A stretch of DNA of 34,615 nucleotides from Thermoplasmata archaeon (lineage in GTDB: Archaea; Thermoplasmatota; Thermoplasmata; Methanomassiliicoccales; Methanomethylophilaceae), in contig JAUNYA010000001.1 of NCBI GenBank assembly GCA_030539565.1, forward strand, positions 1 to 34,615. Reading direction: 5' to 3'. The notes beneath the pieces are model-generated. The model ran no database searches, was not told the origin of the DNA, and saw only the letters and a list, made by a program, of their open reading frames with translations. Positions within the stretch are counted from its first letter, which is position 1. Each line of letters begins with the position of its first letter. This document shows positions 1-8,883 of the stretch, one piece after another. A program made the position numbers and the translations under genes.

Positions 1-89
1 CCTTCGTCTACCTGGCCGGACCCGCCGTCGTCGCGGCTTCCGCGATAGCCGGCAGAATAGTCACCCCCGACGACCTGGAGGCGCAGTGA
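1..89 (+). CDS. 3-isopropylmalate dehydratase/homoaconitase large subunit, C-terminal fragment (partial)
   Basis: Frame from nt 3 reads FVYLAGPAVVAASAIAGRIVTPDDLEAQ-TGA, the typical LeuC/HacA C-terminus; directly upstream of the small subunit. Confidence 0.85.
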   Translation, partial: FVYLAGPAVVAASAIAGRIVTPDDLEAQ

Positions 90-90
90 A

Positions 91-573
91 ATGGAACAGA
101 TCAAAGGAAAGGTATGGATCTTCGGCGACAACGTCGACACCGACCAGATCATCCCCGCCGAGAGGCTGCTCGCGGCCAACCTCGACCACCTCAACGACTA
201 CATCTTCGAGAAGGTCAGGCCCGGGTTCGCCCAGCAGGTCCGGAAGGGCGACATCCTGATCGCCGGGCGCAACTTCGGCTGCGGCTCCAGCAGGGAGCAT
301 GCTCCGCTCTCGCTGCGTGAGGCCGGGTTCTCCTGCATCATCGCGGAGAGCTTCGCCAGGATCTTCTACAGGAACTCGTTCAACACCGGCCTGCTCCTCG
401 TCGAGTGCAAGGTGGACGCGCGGGAGGGCGATGTCGCCACAGTGGACGTCGACAAGGGCACCGTGGAGGTAAGCGGAGGGACGTTCACATTCCCCGAGTA
501 CCCCCCGTTCATCGCCGAGCTGGTCCGCACCGGCGGGCTCATGAACCTCATCAAGGAGGGCGGGTTCGAATGA
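91..573 (+). CDS. 3-isopropylmalate dehydratase/homoaconitase small subunit (LeuD/HacB family)
   Basis: GDNVDTDQIIP, AGRNFGCGSSREHA and ESFARIFYRN motifs; substrate (leucine vs coenzyme B/lysine) not resolved. Confidence 0.92.
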   Translation: MEQIKGKVWIFGDNVDTDQIIPAERLLAANLDHLNDYIFEKVRPGFAQQVRKGDILIAGRNFGCGSSREHAPLSLREAGFSCIIAESFARIFYRNSFNTGLLLVECKVDAREGDVATVDVDKGTVEVSGGTFTFPEYPPFIAELVRTGGLMNLIKEGGFE

Positions 574-1691
574 AGCACATCGCGGTCATCCCGGGGGACG
601 GCATCGGCCAGGAGGTCATCGCCGCCGGGATGGACGTCCTCGACGCCGTCTCGGAGATCTCCTCGTTCCAGTTCGACCCCGAGGAGGTGCCGATAGGCTC
701 GGACAGGTACCTGCGCACCGGCGAGCTCCTCACCGACGAGGATATCGCCCTCCTCAAGTCCAAGGACGCCATCTACTTCGGCGCCATCGGCGACCCCCGC
801 GTCGCCCCCGGCGTGCTGGAGCAGGGGATCCTGCTCAGGATGCGCGCGGTCTTCGACCAGTACATCAACCTCCGCCCCGTGACATCGTGGTTCCCGCTGG
901 TCCCCCTGAAGAGGGAGGTCCCGTTCGACATCCACTTCCTCAGGGAGAACACCGAGGACTTCTACATGGGCGCCGGCGGCGAGTTCGGTCCGTCCCACGG
1001 CGACCCGGCGCACATCCACATAAGGAGGGAGACCTACGACCTCGACGTGGACCTCAAGGCGTCCGCATCCAACGGCGACGACTTCGCCTTCGAGATCGGG
1101 TTCCTGTCGACCCGCGGGATCGAGAGGTTCGCAGACTACGCCTGCCGCTACGCGAAGGCGCGCGGCGACTCCAAGGTCACCCTGGTGGACAAGGCCAACG
1201 TGTGCACCCACGTGTACGGGCTGCAGCGCGAGATCTTCAAGAGGAAGACCGCCGAGTACGGCCTCGACCTCGAGTTCATGTTCGTCGACGCCATGGCCAT
1301 GGCCATGATCGTCCGCCCCGAGACCTTCGGTACCGTGGCGGTCCCCAACCTGTTCGGCGACATCCTGACCGACCTGGGAGCGCAGCTCCAGGGAGGGCTC
1401 GGGATGGGCGGCAGCGGCAACATCAACCCCGAGGGCGTCAGCATGTTCGAGCCGATCCACGGCTCCGCCCCGGACATCGCCGGGCGCGGAATCGCCAATC
1501 CGATCGCAGCCGTCCTCGCGGCGCAGATGCTCCTGGAGAACCAGGGCTTCCCCGAGGAGGGGAAACTGCTGCACGACGCTGTCCGCAACGCGCTGGACAC
1601 CCGTCAGACCACGCCGGACCTGGGCGGCTCGCTGTCCACGTCCGAGGTCGGCAGGGGCATCGCCGACTACGTGCGCTCCACCAGGAGGTGA
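570..1691 (+). CDS. Isopropylmalate/homoisocitrate dehydrogenase family (LeuB/AksF-like)
   Basis: Starts MKHIAVIPGDGIGQEV at an ATGA overlap with the upstream stop; RENTED, DKANV, NLFGDILTD, FEPIHGSAPDIAG. Confidence 0.92.
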   Translation: MKHIAVIPGDGIGQEVIAAGMDVLDAVSEISSFQFDPEEVPIGSDRYLRTGELLTDEDIALLKSKDAIYFGAIGDPRVAPGVLEQGILLRMRAVFDQYINLRPVTSWFPLVPLKREVPFDIHFLRENTEDFYMGAGGEFGPSHGDPAHIHIRRETYDLDVDLKASASNGDDFAFEIGFLSTRGIERFADYACRYAKARGDSKVTLVDKANVCTHVYGLQREIFKRKTAEYGLDLEFMFVDAMAMAMIVRPETFGTVAVPNLFGDILTDLGAQLQGGLGMGGSGNINPEGVSMFEPIHGSAPDIAGRGIANPIAAVLAAQMLLENQGFPEEGKLLHDAVRNALDTRQTTPDLGGSLSTSEVGRGIADYVRSTRR

Positions 1692-1698
1692 GCGCGCG

Positions 1699-1923
1699 AT
1701 CACCCTCGACCTGGAGGCGGACTACGCCGACGAGGCCACCGCCCGCGCGGTGCTCGCCGCCCTGGACCCGGACAACGCCGGGTTCGTGGAGGCCCGGGTC
1801 GAGGGGACCACCATCTTTTTCCGCATGGGGTCGGAGTCCGCGGGCTCCCTCAGGAGCACCGCCGACGACCTCATGGCCTGCCTCAAGGCCGCCGAGGAGG
1901 CGGCCGGGGCGGCCTCGCGCTGA
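1699..1923 (+). CDS. pcc1: KEOPS complex subunit Pcc1-like protein (no canonical start codon)
   Basis: Absent from the ORF track. Reads ITLDLEADYADEATARAVLAALDPDNAGFVEARVEG...SLRSTADDLMACLKAAE-TGA (Pcc1-like PDN and LR..DD motifs); GGAGGTGA SD at 1684-1691; start uncertain. Confidence 0.75.
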   Translation: MTLDLEADYADEATARAVLAALDPDNAGFVEARVEGTTIFFRMGSESAGSLRSTADDLMACLKAAEEAAGAASR

Positions 1924-2026
1924 TTGTTCCCATCAAATGTTTTATGGGGAACCCACGTTCCCGATTCATCGGAAAACAGCATTTAACAACATTTTTTGAT
2001 ATCTTTTATGTTGAATTATAGTCTAG

Positions 2027-2051
2027 ATTAAATATTGCCGTTACGTTATCG
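2027..2051 (+). promoter_or_regulatory. TATA-box promoter of ATPase cassette 1
   Basis: ATTAAATATTGC 30 nt and CGTTATCG 13 nt before the ATG; both repeated with identical spacing before cassette 2. Confidence 0.65.
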
Positions 2052-2056
2052 AATCC

Positions 2057-3328
2057 ATGTTCAAGGCGATCGAGCTTCGCAATTTCCGCTCCTTCGAGCA
2101 CATCACACTCGATCTGACCGCAAGGGGCAAGATCGTGGACCACGCCCTGCTCTACGGGGAGAACGGCTCCGGCAAGACCAACCTCGCCGAGGCCGTCTCG
2201 ATCCTCCGCAGGTCCATGGAGGCGCATCCGGGCACCGAGGGTCTCCGCAGGACGGTCCTGGCGGCACGCGCCGCCGGGTCCGAGGGGCCCACAGTCCTGA
2301 GGTACGAGTTCACGGTGGACGGCAGGGACGCAGAGTACGAGATCCGCTACGGGGAGGACGGGGTTTTGTCCATGGAGAGGCTGGCGTACCTCCTGAAGGA
2401 CCGCATCGGCAGGTACTTCGAGATCGTCAGGGAGCCCGAGGGCGTCACTGAAGATGATGAGCTATCGGGGATCGAGATCAAGGTGGGGAGGGACCTGATC
2501 CCCGACGGGACGTACCGCCGGAGGGTCCTCAGGGAGGTCCGCGACAGCTGGGGGGACCACACCCTGCTGTCCATCCTGTGCCGCGACTACGGATGCCTCG
2601 GGGACTCCATGGACACCGCGGTCCGTCCGGAGATGCGCAGGATAGTGGACACCATCCGCGGCGTGTGCGTCTACAGCCCCCGCAGGGGCGTGTCCACCGA
2701 TGTCACAGAGGGGTTCGACCTGGTGTCCGGATGCATCCCGTCGGAGGATTCCAGGGTCCTGGACGCATACTCCGAAGCGGTGTCCAAGTTCCTGAGCAGG
2801 CTCTGCACGGACATCCGCGGCACGCACTACGCCGTCTCGGAGTCCGACGGGATCCTTGAGTACACGCTGATGGTGGAGCGGAGGATGAACGGCGAATACC
2901 GCTCCATACCTGCGGAGGACGAGTCCACGGGCGTGCTGAAGCTGGTTTCGATGCTCCCATATCTGCTGGAGTGCGTCCGCGGCGGGACCGCGGTCCTGGA
3001 CGAAGCCGACTCCGGCATACACGAGATGATGTTCCGCGACCTGCTGATGGATGTAATCGGCACGGAGGGGAGGGGTCAGCTGATAGTGACCACCCACTGC
3101 ATCCCGTTGATCCAGGAGATCGAGCCCTCCAGCGTGTTCATCCTCAGGCTGTCCTCCCTGGCCGACAAGGAGATCTCCAGCATCGCATCCATATGCAGGA
3201 CGCAGAAGGGGCACAACAACTCCATGCGCTACCGCGACGGGCTGTTCGACGGCGTCCCGTACACGGGCAATGTGTTCATCGAGTGCATCGCCGAGGATCT
3301 CTACGAGGGCCTCGGTGCCGGGAGATGA
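2057..3328 (+). CDS. ABC-type ATPase (AAA_21/RloA/AbiL-like), copy 1
   Basis: IELRNFRSF, Walker A GENGSGKT, signature ESTG, Walker B VLDEAD, H-loop TTH. Confidence 0.85.
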   Translation: MFKAIELRNFRSFEHITLDLTARGKIVDHALLYGENGSGKTNLAEAVSILRRSMEAHPGTEGLRRTVLAARAAGSEGPTVLRYEFTVDGRDAEYEIRYGEDGVLSMERLAYLLKDRIGRYFEIVREPEGVTEDDELSGIEIKVGRDLIPDGTYRRRVLREVRDSWGDHTLLSILCRDYGCLGDSMDTAVRPEMRRIVDTIRGVCVYSPRRGVSTDVTEGFDLVSGCIPSEDSRVLDAYSEAVSKFLSRLCTDIRGTHYAVSESDGILEYTLMVERRMNGEYRSIPAEDESTGVLKLVSMLPYLLECVRGGTAVLDEADSGIHEMMFRDLLMDVIGTEGRGQLIVTTHCIPLIQEIEPSSVFILRLSSLADKEISSIASICRTQKGHNNSMRYRDGLFDGVPYTGNVFIECIAEDLYEGLGAGR

Positions 3329-3963
3329 AGGCCACCGCACTGGTGGTGGCCCACGGAGCATGCGAGATCGAGTTCGTCCGTCGTCTGGACAGGCTGCTGA
3401 GGGTCCCGATACCCGTGAGCTCCCGGAGGGACGGAGGCGAGACCGTCTCCGTCAAGGGCATCCGCGGGTACCTGGAGTCCCCTCCGTTCAGGACCGTCAG
3501 GGAGTTCCGGGGGGCGTTTCCGATCGTTGGCAGTAGCTACACAGACGGGCGGCTGCTGGAGGACTTCCGCATCTTCCCGGTGCTGGACATCGACGGGGAC
3601 ACAATGAGCAGGAGGGCGTACATCACCGGCAGCATCTTCGACGGGATGGACTCCGAGCTCAGGGACATCATCGTACCGATCTACAACGACCCGAACCTGG
3701 ACGAGGTGATGGCGGAACTGGGCTATGGCAGACCCGGCATCAAGAAGACGAGAAGCTACACCGTCATGTGCGATGCAATGACGGATCCCCTCGAGCTGTA
3801 CAGGAGCCTCGAGCGCTGCGATTCCACCAACATGGAGGTGCTTCTGCGCCACATCATGTCCAGGAAGCCGGAGTACCAGTCGAGGCTGCGATGCCCGCAT
3901 CCGGGGGTATTTGAACCACATACCCCCGGGGCCTACTCATTTTTTATAGACACAATCCCGTAG
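3325..3963 (+). CDS. TOPRIM-like (RloB-like) partner of the ATPase, copy 1
   Basis: ATGA overlap with the ATPase; VVAHGACE and LDIDGD motifs, IVPIYNDPNLD. Standard-code end is TAG 3963, but similarity to the paralog ends near an in-frame CGA at 3889-3891. Confidence 0.75.
   Translation: MKATALVVAHGACEIEFVRRLDRLLRVPIPVSSRRDGGETVSVKGIRGYLESPPFRTVREFRGAFPIVGSSYTDGRLLEDFRIFPVLDIDGDTMSRRAYITGSIFDGMDSELRDIIVPIYNDPNLDEVMAELGYGRPGIKKTRSYTVMCDAMTDPLELYRSLERCDSTNMEVLLRHIMSRKPEYQSRLRCPHPGVFEPHTPGAYSFFIDTIP
3901..3929 (+). terminator. 10-bp hairpin followed by a T-run
   Basis: CCGGGGGTAT-N9-ATACCCCCGG, T-run at 3940-3945; begins 10 nt after CGA 3891. Confidence 0.5.
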
Positions 3964-3985
3964 TCTGGCCAGTGGGAGGAAACCG

Positions 3986-5032
3986 ATGGACGTACCCGAG
4001 ATAGCTGACAGGCTCGCATCCGGAGGCGGGGCCACCGACTCGGAGCTGGCCGCCCTCATAACCGCCGAGGGCGATGACCGCGAGGCCGTGTTCGCCGCGG
4101 CCCGCAGGGTGCGCGACAGGGAGTTCGGGAAGAGGACCTTCCTCTACGGCTTCGTCTACTTCTCCACCTACTGCAGGAACGAGTGCTCGTTCTGCTACTA
4201 CCGCAAGTCCAACTCCATCGACCGCTACCGCAAGACCGAGGACGAGATCGTCGATCTGGCGAGGAGCATCCGCGACTCCGGGATCAACCTGGCGGACCTG
4301 ACCATGGGCGAGGACCCGTTCATGATCCGCAACGGGTACGAGAACTTCATCCACCTGGTGTCGGCGATACGCGACGAGGTCGGCATACCCGTAATGGCAT
4401 CGCCCGGCGCCGTCCCGCACGAGGACTTCCCCAAGCTCAGGGACGCCGGCGCCGACATCGTCGCATGCTACCAGGAGACCTACAACCGCGGGCTGTTCGC
4501 GGACAGGCGCCTGGGGCAGGACTTCGACTACAGGCGCAACCAGAAGGTCTGGGCCATGGAGAACGGGATGCTCGCCGAGGACGGCATGATGGTCGGCATC
4601 GGCGAGACCGTCGAGGACAGGGTCCACACGATAAGGGAGATGATCTCGCTGGGGTGCGACCAGGTCCGCGCGATGACGTTCGTGCCGCAGGAGGGCACGC
4701 CGATGGAGCTCTCCGGGACCGTGGACTCGGTCAACGAGCTGCTGTGCCTGGCGGCCATGAGGCTGCTGAGGCACGACGTGCTGATCCCGGCGACGCTGGA
4801 CGTCGAGGGCATCGCGGGGATGCGGACAAGGCTGGACGCCGGCGCGAACGTCGTGACGTCGATCATACCCCCGGCGAGCCACCTGGCGGGCGTCGCACAG
4901 AGCAGCATGGACATCGAGGACGGCCACCGCTGCGCCGATTACGTGATCTCCCTTCTGAAGGAGATCGGCAGGGAGCCGGCCACCGCCGCCGACCTGCGCC
5001 GTGAGTTCGACAGGCGCAAGGCGCGGCTCTGA
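3986..5032 (+). CDS. pylB: Methylornithine synthase PylB (radical SAM, pyrrolysine biosynthesis)
   Basis: FVYFSTYCRNECSFCYY, DLTMGEDP, LIPATLDVEGIAGMRTRLDAGANVVTSIIPP match PylB; SD GGGAGG 3974-3979; TTTATA 3943-3948. Confidence 0.93.
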   Translation: MDVPEIADRLASGGGATDSELAALITAEGDDREAVFAAARRVRDREFGKRTFLYGFVYFSTYCRNECSFCYYRKSNSIDRYRKTEDEIVDLARSIRDSGINLADLTMGEDPFMIRNGYENFIHLVSAIRDEVGIPVMASPGAVPHEDFPKLRDAGADIVACYQETYNRGLFADRRLGQDFDYRRNQKVWAMENGMLAEDGMMVGIGETVEDRVHTIREMISLGCDQVRAMTFVPQEGTPMELSGTVDSVNELLCLAAMRLLRHDVLIPATLDVEGIAGMRTRLDAGANVVTSIIPPASHLAGVAQSSMDIEDGHRCADYVISLLKEIGREPATAADLRREFDRRKARL

Positions 5033-5157
5033 GCTCATCCTGCCGTTTCCATATCATACGCTCCAGCGCGAGCCCTGTCCCAGATTCTGGCTTATTCCCA
5101 TTTATTATGGAGATTTAACCCTGATTTAATAACAAATTGTTCTGAAATACAGGCTAA

Positions 5158-5182
5158 ATTAAATATTGCAATCGCGTTATCG
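5158..5182 (+). promoter_or_regulatory. TATA-box promoter of ATPase cassette 2
   Basis: ATTAAATATTGC and CGTTATCG at the same distances from the ATG as in cassette 1. Confidence 0.65.
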
Positions 5183-5187
5183 TCTGT

Positions 5188-6549
5188 ATGATAAAGAGAA
5201 TAGAGCTACGCAACTTCCGCTCCTTCGGAAGCATCGTGATAGACTTCACGGGGAAGAAGGGCGCGATGCTGGATCATGCTTTCATCTACGGCGAGAACGG
5301 GTCCGGGAAGACCAACATCATCGAGTCCGTGGCGTTCCTCTGCGCCTCCGTCAGGACGTTCGAGAATGCCGGGAGGCCCGCCATCGACCCCGAATACGTC
5401 GACGCCGACGGGATGCTGGACATCATGAGGGGAATGATGGAGGCGCGCGACACCCCTCTGTCCATGATCCGCCGCATCGACACCGCCGCTCTCCGCGAGA
5501 CGATGATAGGCGCCGATGACGGCATGGGCGTCACCTATGTGCTGGACATAGACGGGAGGGATGCCGAGTACATGATGGAGTTCGGACCCGACGGGAGGAT
5601 TGTGCACGAGAAGCTCTCGTACACGCTGACCGATCGCATAGGACGCTACTTCGAGGTGACCGCCAGGTATTCCGAGGACGGGGAGATCCGCGTGACCGGG
5701 GCGGACGCCAAGGTGGGCAGGGATCTGATCCGGGATCCGGCTTACCGCCGCGAGATCCTCAGGATGATCGCCATGCACTGGGGGAGGCACACGCTCCTGT
5801 CGATACTGGCAGCCGAGTACTCATCCAAGAACGCGGAGTACATGGAATCCGCGGTGAGGCCGGAGATGGCCCGCATAATCGGGAGCATCCGCGGGATGGC
5901 TGTGTACAGCCCCGATCCAGCGGTGCGCATCCCGCCCGAGGGCGGATTCGACTTCGCCCAGGGTTCGATCCCCGCGGAGGAGGAACCCTCCCTGGACCTA
6001 TACGCCGGCGCGGCGAGGAGGTACACCATCCGCCTGTACTCGAACGTGATGGGAGTGTTCTACGACAGGGAGGTCCGGGGCGGAGTCTGCAGGTACCGGC
6101 TGATGATCCAGAAGAAGATGCACGGTGAAGTGCGCGACATCCCCATCGACTGCGAGTCGTCTGGAATCCGCAAGATGATCGCCATGCTGCCCTACTTCCT
6201 GGCCTGCGCCGAGGGGAGGGCGGTGCTGTTCGACGAGATCGACTGCGAGGTGCACGAGAAGATGATCGGGGACTTCATCGCCGGATTCCTCAGGGGGACC
6301 CACGGCCAGATCGTCGCGACGACGCATTACGCCTCGCTCCTGAAGGGGATCCCCCCGTCCAACGCATTCGTCATCAGGATGGACATGCAGGGGTACAAGG
6401 ACGTCTCCTGCTTCAGCTCCATCGCGCGTACCGGGAAGAACCACAATAACGCGGACCGGTACCTGAACGGGGTGTTCGACGGCATCCCGTTCCAGCGCAC
6501 GGTGGACGTGCCCCAGATAGCCGAGGCGTTCAGGGAGGGCATGGTTTGA
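5188..6549 (+). CDS. ABC-type ATPase (AAA_21/RloA/AbiL-like), copy 2
   Basis: Walker A GENGSGKT, ESSG, LFDEID, TTH; paralog of 2057-3328 along its length. Confidence 0.85.
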   Translation: MIKRIELRNFRSFGSIVIDFTGKKGAMLDHAFIYGENGSGKTNIIESVAFLCASVRTFENAGRPAIDPEYVDADGMLDIMRGMMEARDTPLSMIRRIDTAALRETMIGADDGMGVTYVLDIDGRDAEYMMEFGPDGRIVHEKLSYTLTDRIGRYFEVTARYSEDGEIRVTGADAKVGRDLIRDPAYRREILRMIAMHWGRHTLLSILAAEYSSKNAEYMESAVRPEMARIIGSIRGMAVYSPDPAVRIPPEGGFDFAQGSIPAEEEPSLDLYAGAARRYTIRLYSNVMGVFYDREVRGGVCRYRLMIQKKMHGEVRDIPIDCESSGIRKMIAMLPYFLACAEGRAVLFDEIDCEVHEKMIGDFIAGFLRGTHGQIVATTHYASLLKGIPPSNAFVIRMDMQGYKDVSCFSSIARTGKNHNNADRYLNGVFDGIPFQRTVDVPQIAEAFREGMV

Positions 6550-7127
6550 ACACCGATGCCCTCGTGGTGGCCCATGGAAAATCGGAGATCCTGCTGGCGG
6601 AATGGCTTGCAGGCCGTACCTGGAGGAGGATAGACATCTGCTCCAGGTCCGGAGGGGAGCAGACGATAGCCATGAAGGAGCTCGGGGGATAGATGAGCGA
6701 GGGGGTGTTCGGATCGGTGCAGGCAATGCTCGGGGAATACCCCCACATCGGATCCCTGAGGGACAACCCGCACAGGGATGAGAGGTTCAGGGTGTTCCCC
6801 ATAATGGACGTGGACGGCGACAGCCGGTCCTTCGGCCCGTACAGGACCGGGAACATGTTCTCCGGGAATCCACTGGCCAAGTACATCGTGCCGATCTACA
6901 ACGACCCGAACCTGGACAGCGTGATGGAGGAGATCGGCTACGGAACCGTCTCGGGGAAGAAGGTCATGTCTTACTCGGAGATACTCGACCGGATGAACGA
7001 CCCCCTGGACTTCTACCGCAGCCTCGAGGCCTGCGACTCCACCAACATGGACGAGTTCGTGCACCACATCCTGAGCAGGGTGCCCGGGTATCAGTCCAAG
7101 CTGCCCGCGCCCCGTTCAAAGGATTAA
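6546..7127 (+). CDS. TOPRIM-like partner, copy 2, with in-frame amber codon (candidate pyrrolysine protein)
   Basis: TTG start overlaps the ATPase TGA; MNTDALVVAHGKSE...KELGG-TAG(6690-6692)-MSEGVF...; aligns with copy 1 on both sides of the TAG; ends TAA. Confidence 0.78.
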
Positions 7128-7151
7128 TACAGGCTCCCCATAGGGGAGCCT

Positions 7152-8831
7152 ATGGCAGAGCAGATAGAGGAGACGATACGCAAGTTCGCGCTCCAGAACG
7201 CGGTGTTCTTCAAGGGGAAGGCGAACCCCAAGGCCATCGTCGGCAAGGTGCTGGGCGGATGCCCCGAGCTCCGCGCCAGGGCCGGGGAGATCACGCCGCT
7301 CATCAACTCCATCACCGAGGAGGTCAACGCCATGGGCCTGGAGGCCCAGACGAAGGCGCTGGAGGAGATGGACGCCTCTCTCCTGGTGAAGGAGAAGAAG
7401 GAGCGCACCTACGAGCTCCCGGAGCTCAAGAACGTGGACGGGAAGGTCGTCATGCGCATCGCGCCCGGACCCTCCGGGCCGCTGCACATCGGGCACACCC
7501 GCGTGTCGATCCTCAACGACGAGTACGTGAAGCGCTACGGCGGGGACCTCGTCCTGAGGTTCGAGGACACCAACCCGGAGAAGATCGACCCCAACGCGTA
7601 CGACATGATCCCGGAGGACCTGGACTGGCTCGGGGTCAAGTGCTCCAAGACGTACATCCAGTCCGAGAGGTTCCCCCTGTACTACGACTACACCAGGAGG
7701 CTTCTGGAGGGCGGGCACGCATACGTGTGCACCTGCAACGCCGACAGCTGGAGGGAGCTGAAGGACCACGGGCAGGCCTGCCCGTGCAGGGAGCTTCCCG
7801 CAGAGGAGCAGCTGGACAGGTACGACAGGTTCCTGGCGGGGGACTACGCCGACGGCGACGCGGTCGTCGTCGTCAAGACGGATCTGCAGCACCCCAACCC
7901 CGCCGTGAGGGACTTCGTGGCGCTCCGTCTGGTGAGGCACCCCCACCCCAGGACCGGCGACAGGTACGTGGCGTATCCCATGATGAACCTCTCCGTGGCC
8001 ATCGACGACCACGAGATGGGGATGACGCACGTCATCCGCGGGAAGGACCACCTGAACAACACCTTCCGCCAGGAGTACATCTTCGACTACATGGGTTGGA
8101 GGAAGCCGGAGTACTACCACTACGGCCTCGTGAACATCCCCGACACCGTCCTGAAGACCTCGCTGATCAAGCAGTCCATCGCCGACGGCGAGTACACCGG
8201 ATGGGACGATGTCAGGACCGGAACTGTCCGCGCCCTCGAGAGGCGCGGCATCAGGCCCGAGGCCATCAGGCGCTACTGGGTCGAGGCCGGCATGAAGAGC
8301 GTCGACATCCAGTTCTCCTGGGACGGCCTGTTCAGCATGAACCGCGACGTCATCGACCCGGTGTCCAACAGGTACTTCTTCGTCGCCGACCCGGTGCGCT
8401 ACGACATCGACGGCGTCGACGTCCTGGAGGGTTCCGCCCCGAAGCACCCGGACCACCCGGAGAGGGGCGCACGCGAGTACCGTCTCGAGGCTCCGCGCAC
8501 GGTGTTCCTCTCGGCGGACGACTCGAAGATGTTCTACGATGCCAAGAGGATCCGTCTCAAGGACCTCTGCAACCTGGAGTACGGACTGCCCGCGAAGTAC
8601 GCCGGCAACGACGTGTCCATCCTCAAGCAGGGCGTCCGCGCCGTCCAGTGGGTCGGCGCCGACGGCGTCAGCGCCGAGCTGCTGATGCCCACCGGCGAGC
8701 TCCTCAAGGGGATGGCCGAGAAGGGCCTCGCCGCGGAGGAGGGCGACTCCGTCCAGCTGGAGAGGATCGGGTTCGCCAGGGTCGAGTCCAGGACGCCGGA
8801 CCGCGTGTCCCTGGTGTTCTCGCACCGCTGA
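7152..8831 (+). CDS. gltX: Glutamyl-tRNA synthetase (archaeal type)
   Basis: APGPSGPLHIGH (HIGH), LRFEDTNP, THVIRGKDH, GWDDVR; archaeal N-terminal domain. Confidence 0.96.
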   Translation: MAEQIEETIRKFALQNAVFFKGKANPKAIVGKVLGGCPELRARAGEITPLINSITEEVNAMGLEAQTKALEEMDASLLVKEKKERTYELPELKNVDGKVVMRIAPGPSGPLHIGHTRVSILNDEYVKRYGGDLVLRFEDTNPEKIDPNAYDMIPEDLDWLGVKCSKTYIQSERFPLYYDYTRRLLEGGHAYVCTCNADSWRELKDHGQACPCRELPAEEQLDRYDRFLAGDYADGDAVVVVKTDLQHPNPAVRDFVALRLVRHPHPRTGDRYVAYPMMNLSVAIDDHEMGMTHVIRGKDHLNNTFRQEYIFDYMGWRKPEYYHYGLVNIPDTVLKTSLIKQSIADGEYTGWDDVRTGTVRALERRGIRPEAIRRYWVEAGMKSVDIQFSWDGLFSMNRDVIDPVSNRYFFVADPVRYDIDGVDVLEGSAPKHPDHPERGAREYRLEAPRTVFLSADDSKMFYDAKRIRLKDLCNLEYGLPAKYAGNDVSILKQGVRAVQWVGADGVSAELLMPTGELLKGMAEKGLAAEEGDSVQLERIGFARVESRTPDRVSLVFSHR

Positions 8832-8840
8832 AAACATGTT

Positions 8841-8864
8841 CCCGGGCGGGACGACCCGCCCGGG
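8841..8864. terminator. GC hairpin between convergent gltX and argH
   Basis: CCCGGGCGGG-ACGA-CCCGCCCGGG followed by T-rich sequence. Confidence 0.7.
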
Positions 8865-8883
8865 GTTTAGAATTTTTGAAGTT

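Noticed and set aside
3961-4008. Amber read-through from the upstream ORF across the pylB start as a Pyl feedback switch
   Set aside because: pylB has its own TATA-like box and SD, a hairpin lies upstream, and the upstream protein probably ends near 3891, so ribosomes may never reach this TAG
3986-5032. Biotin synthase or HydE
   Set aside because: PylB-specific motifs fit better, and an in-frame amber codon occurs nearby
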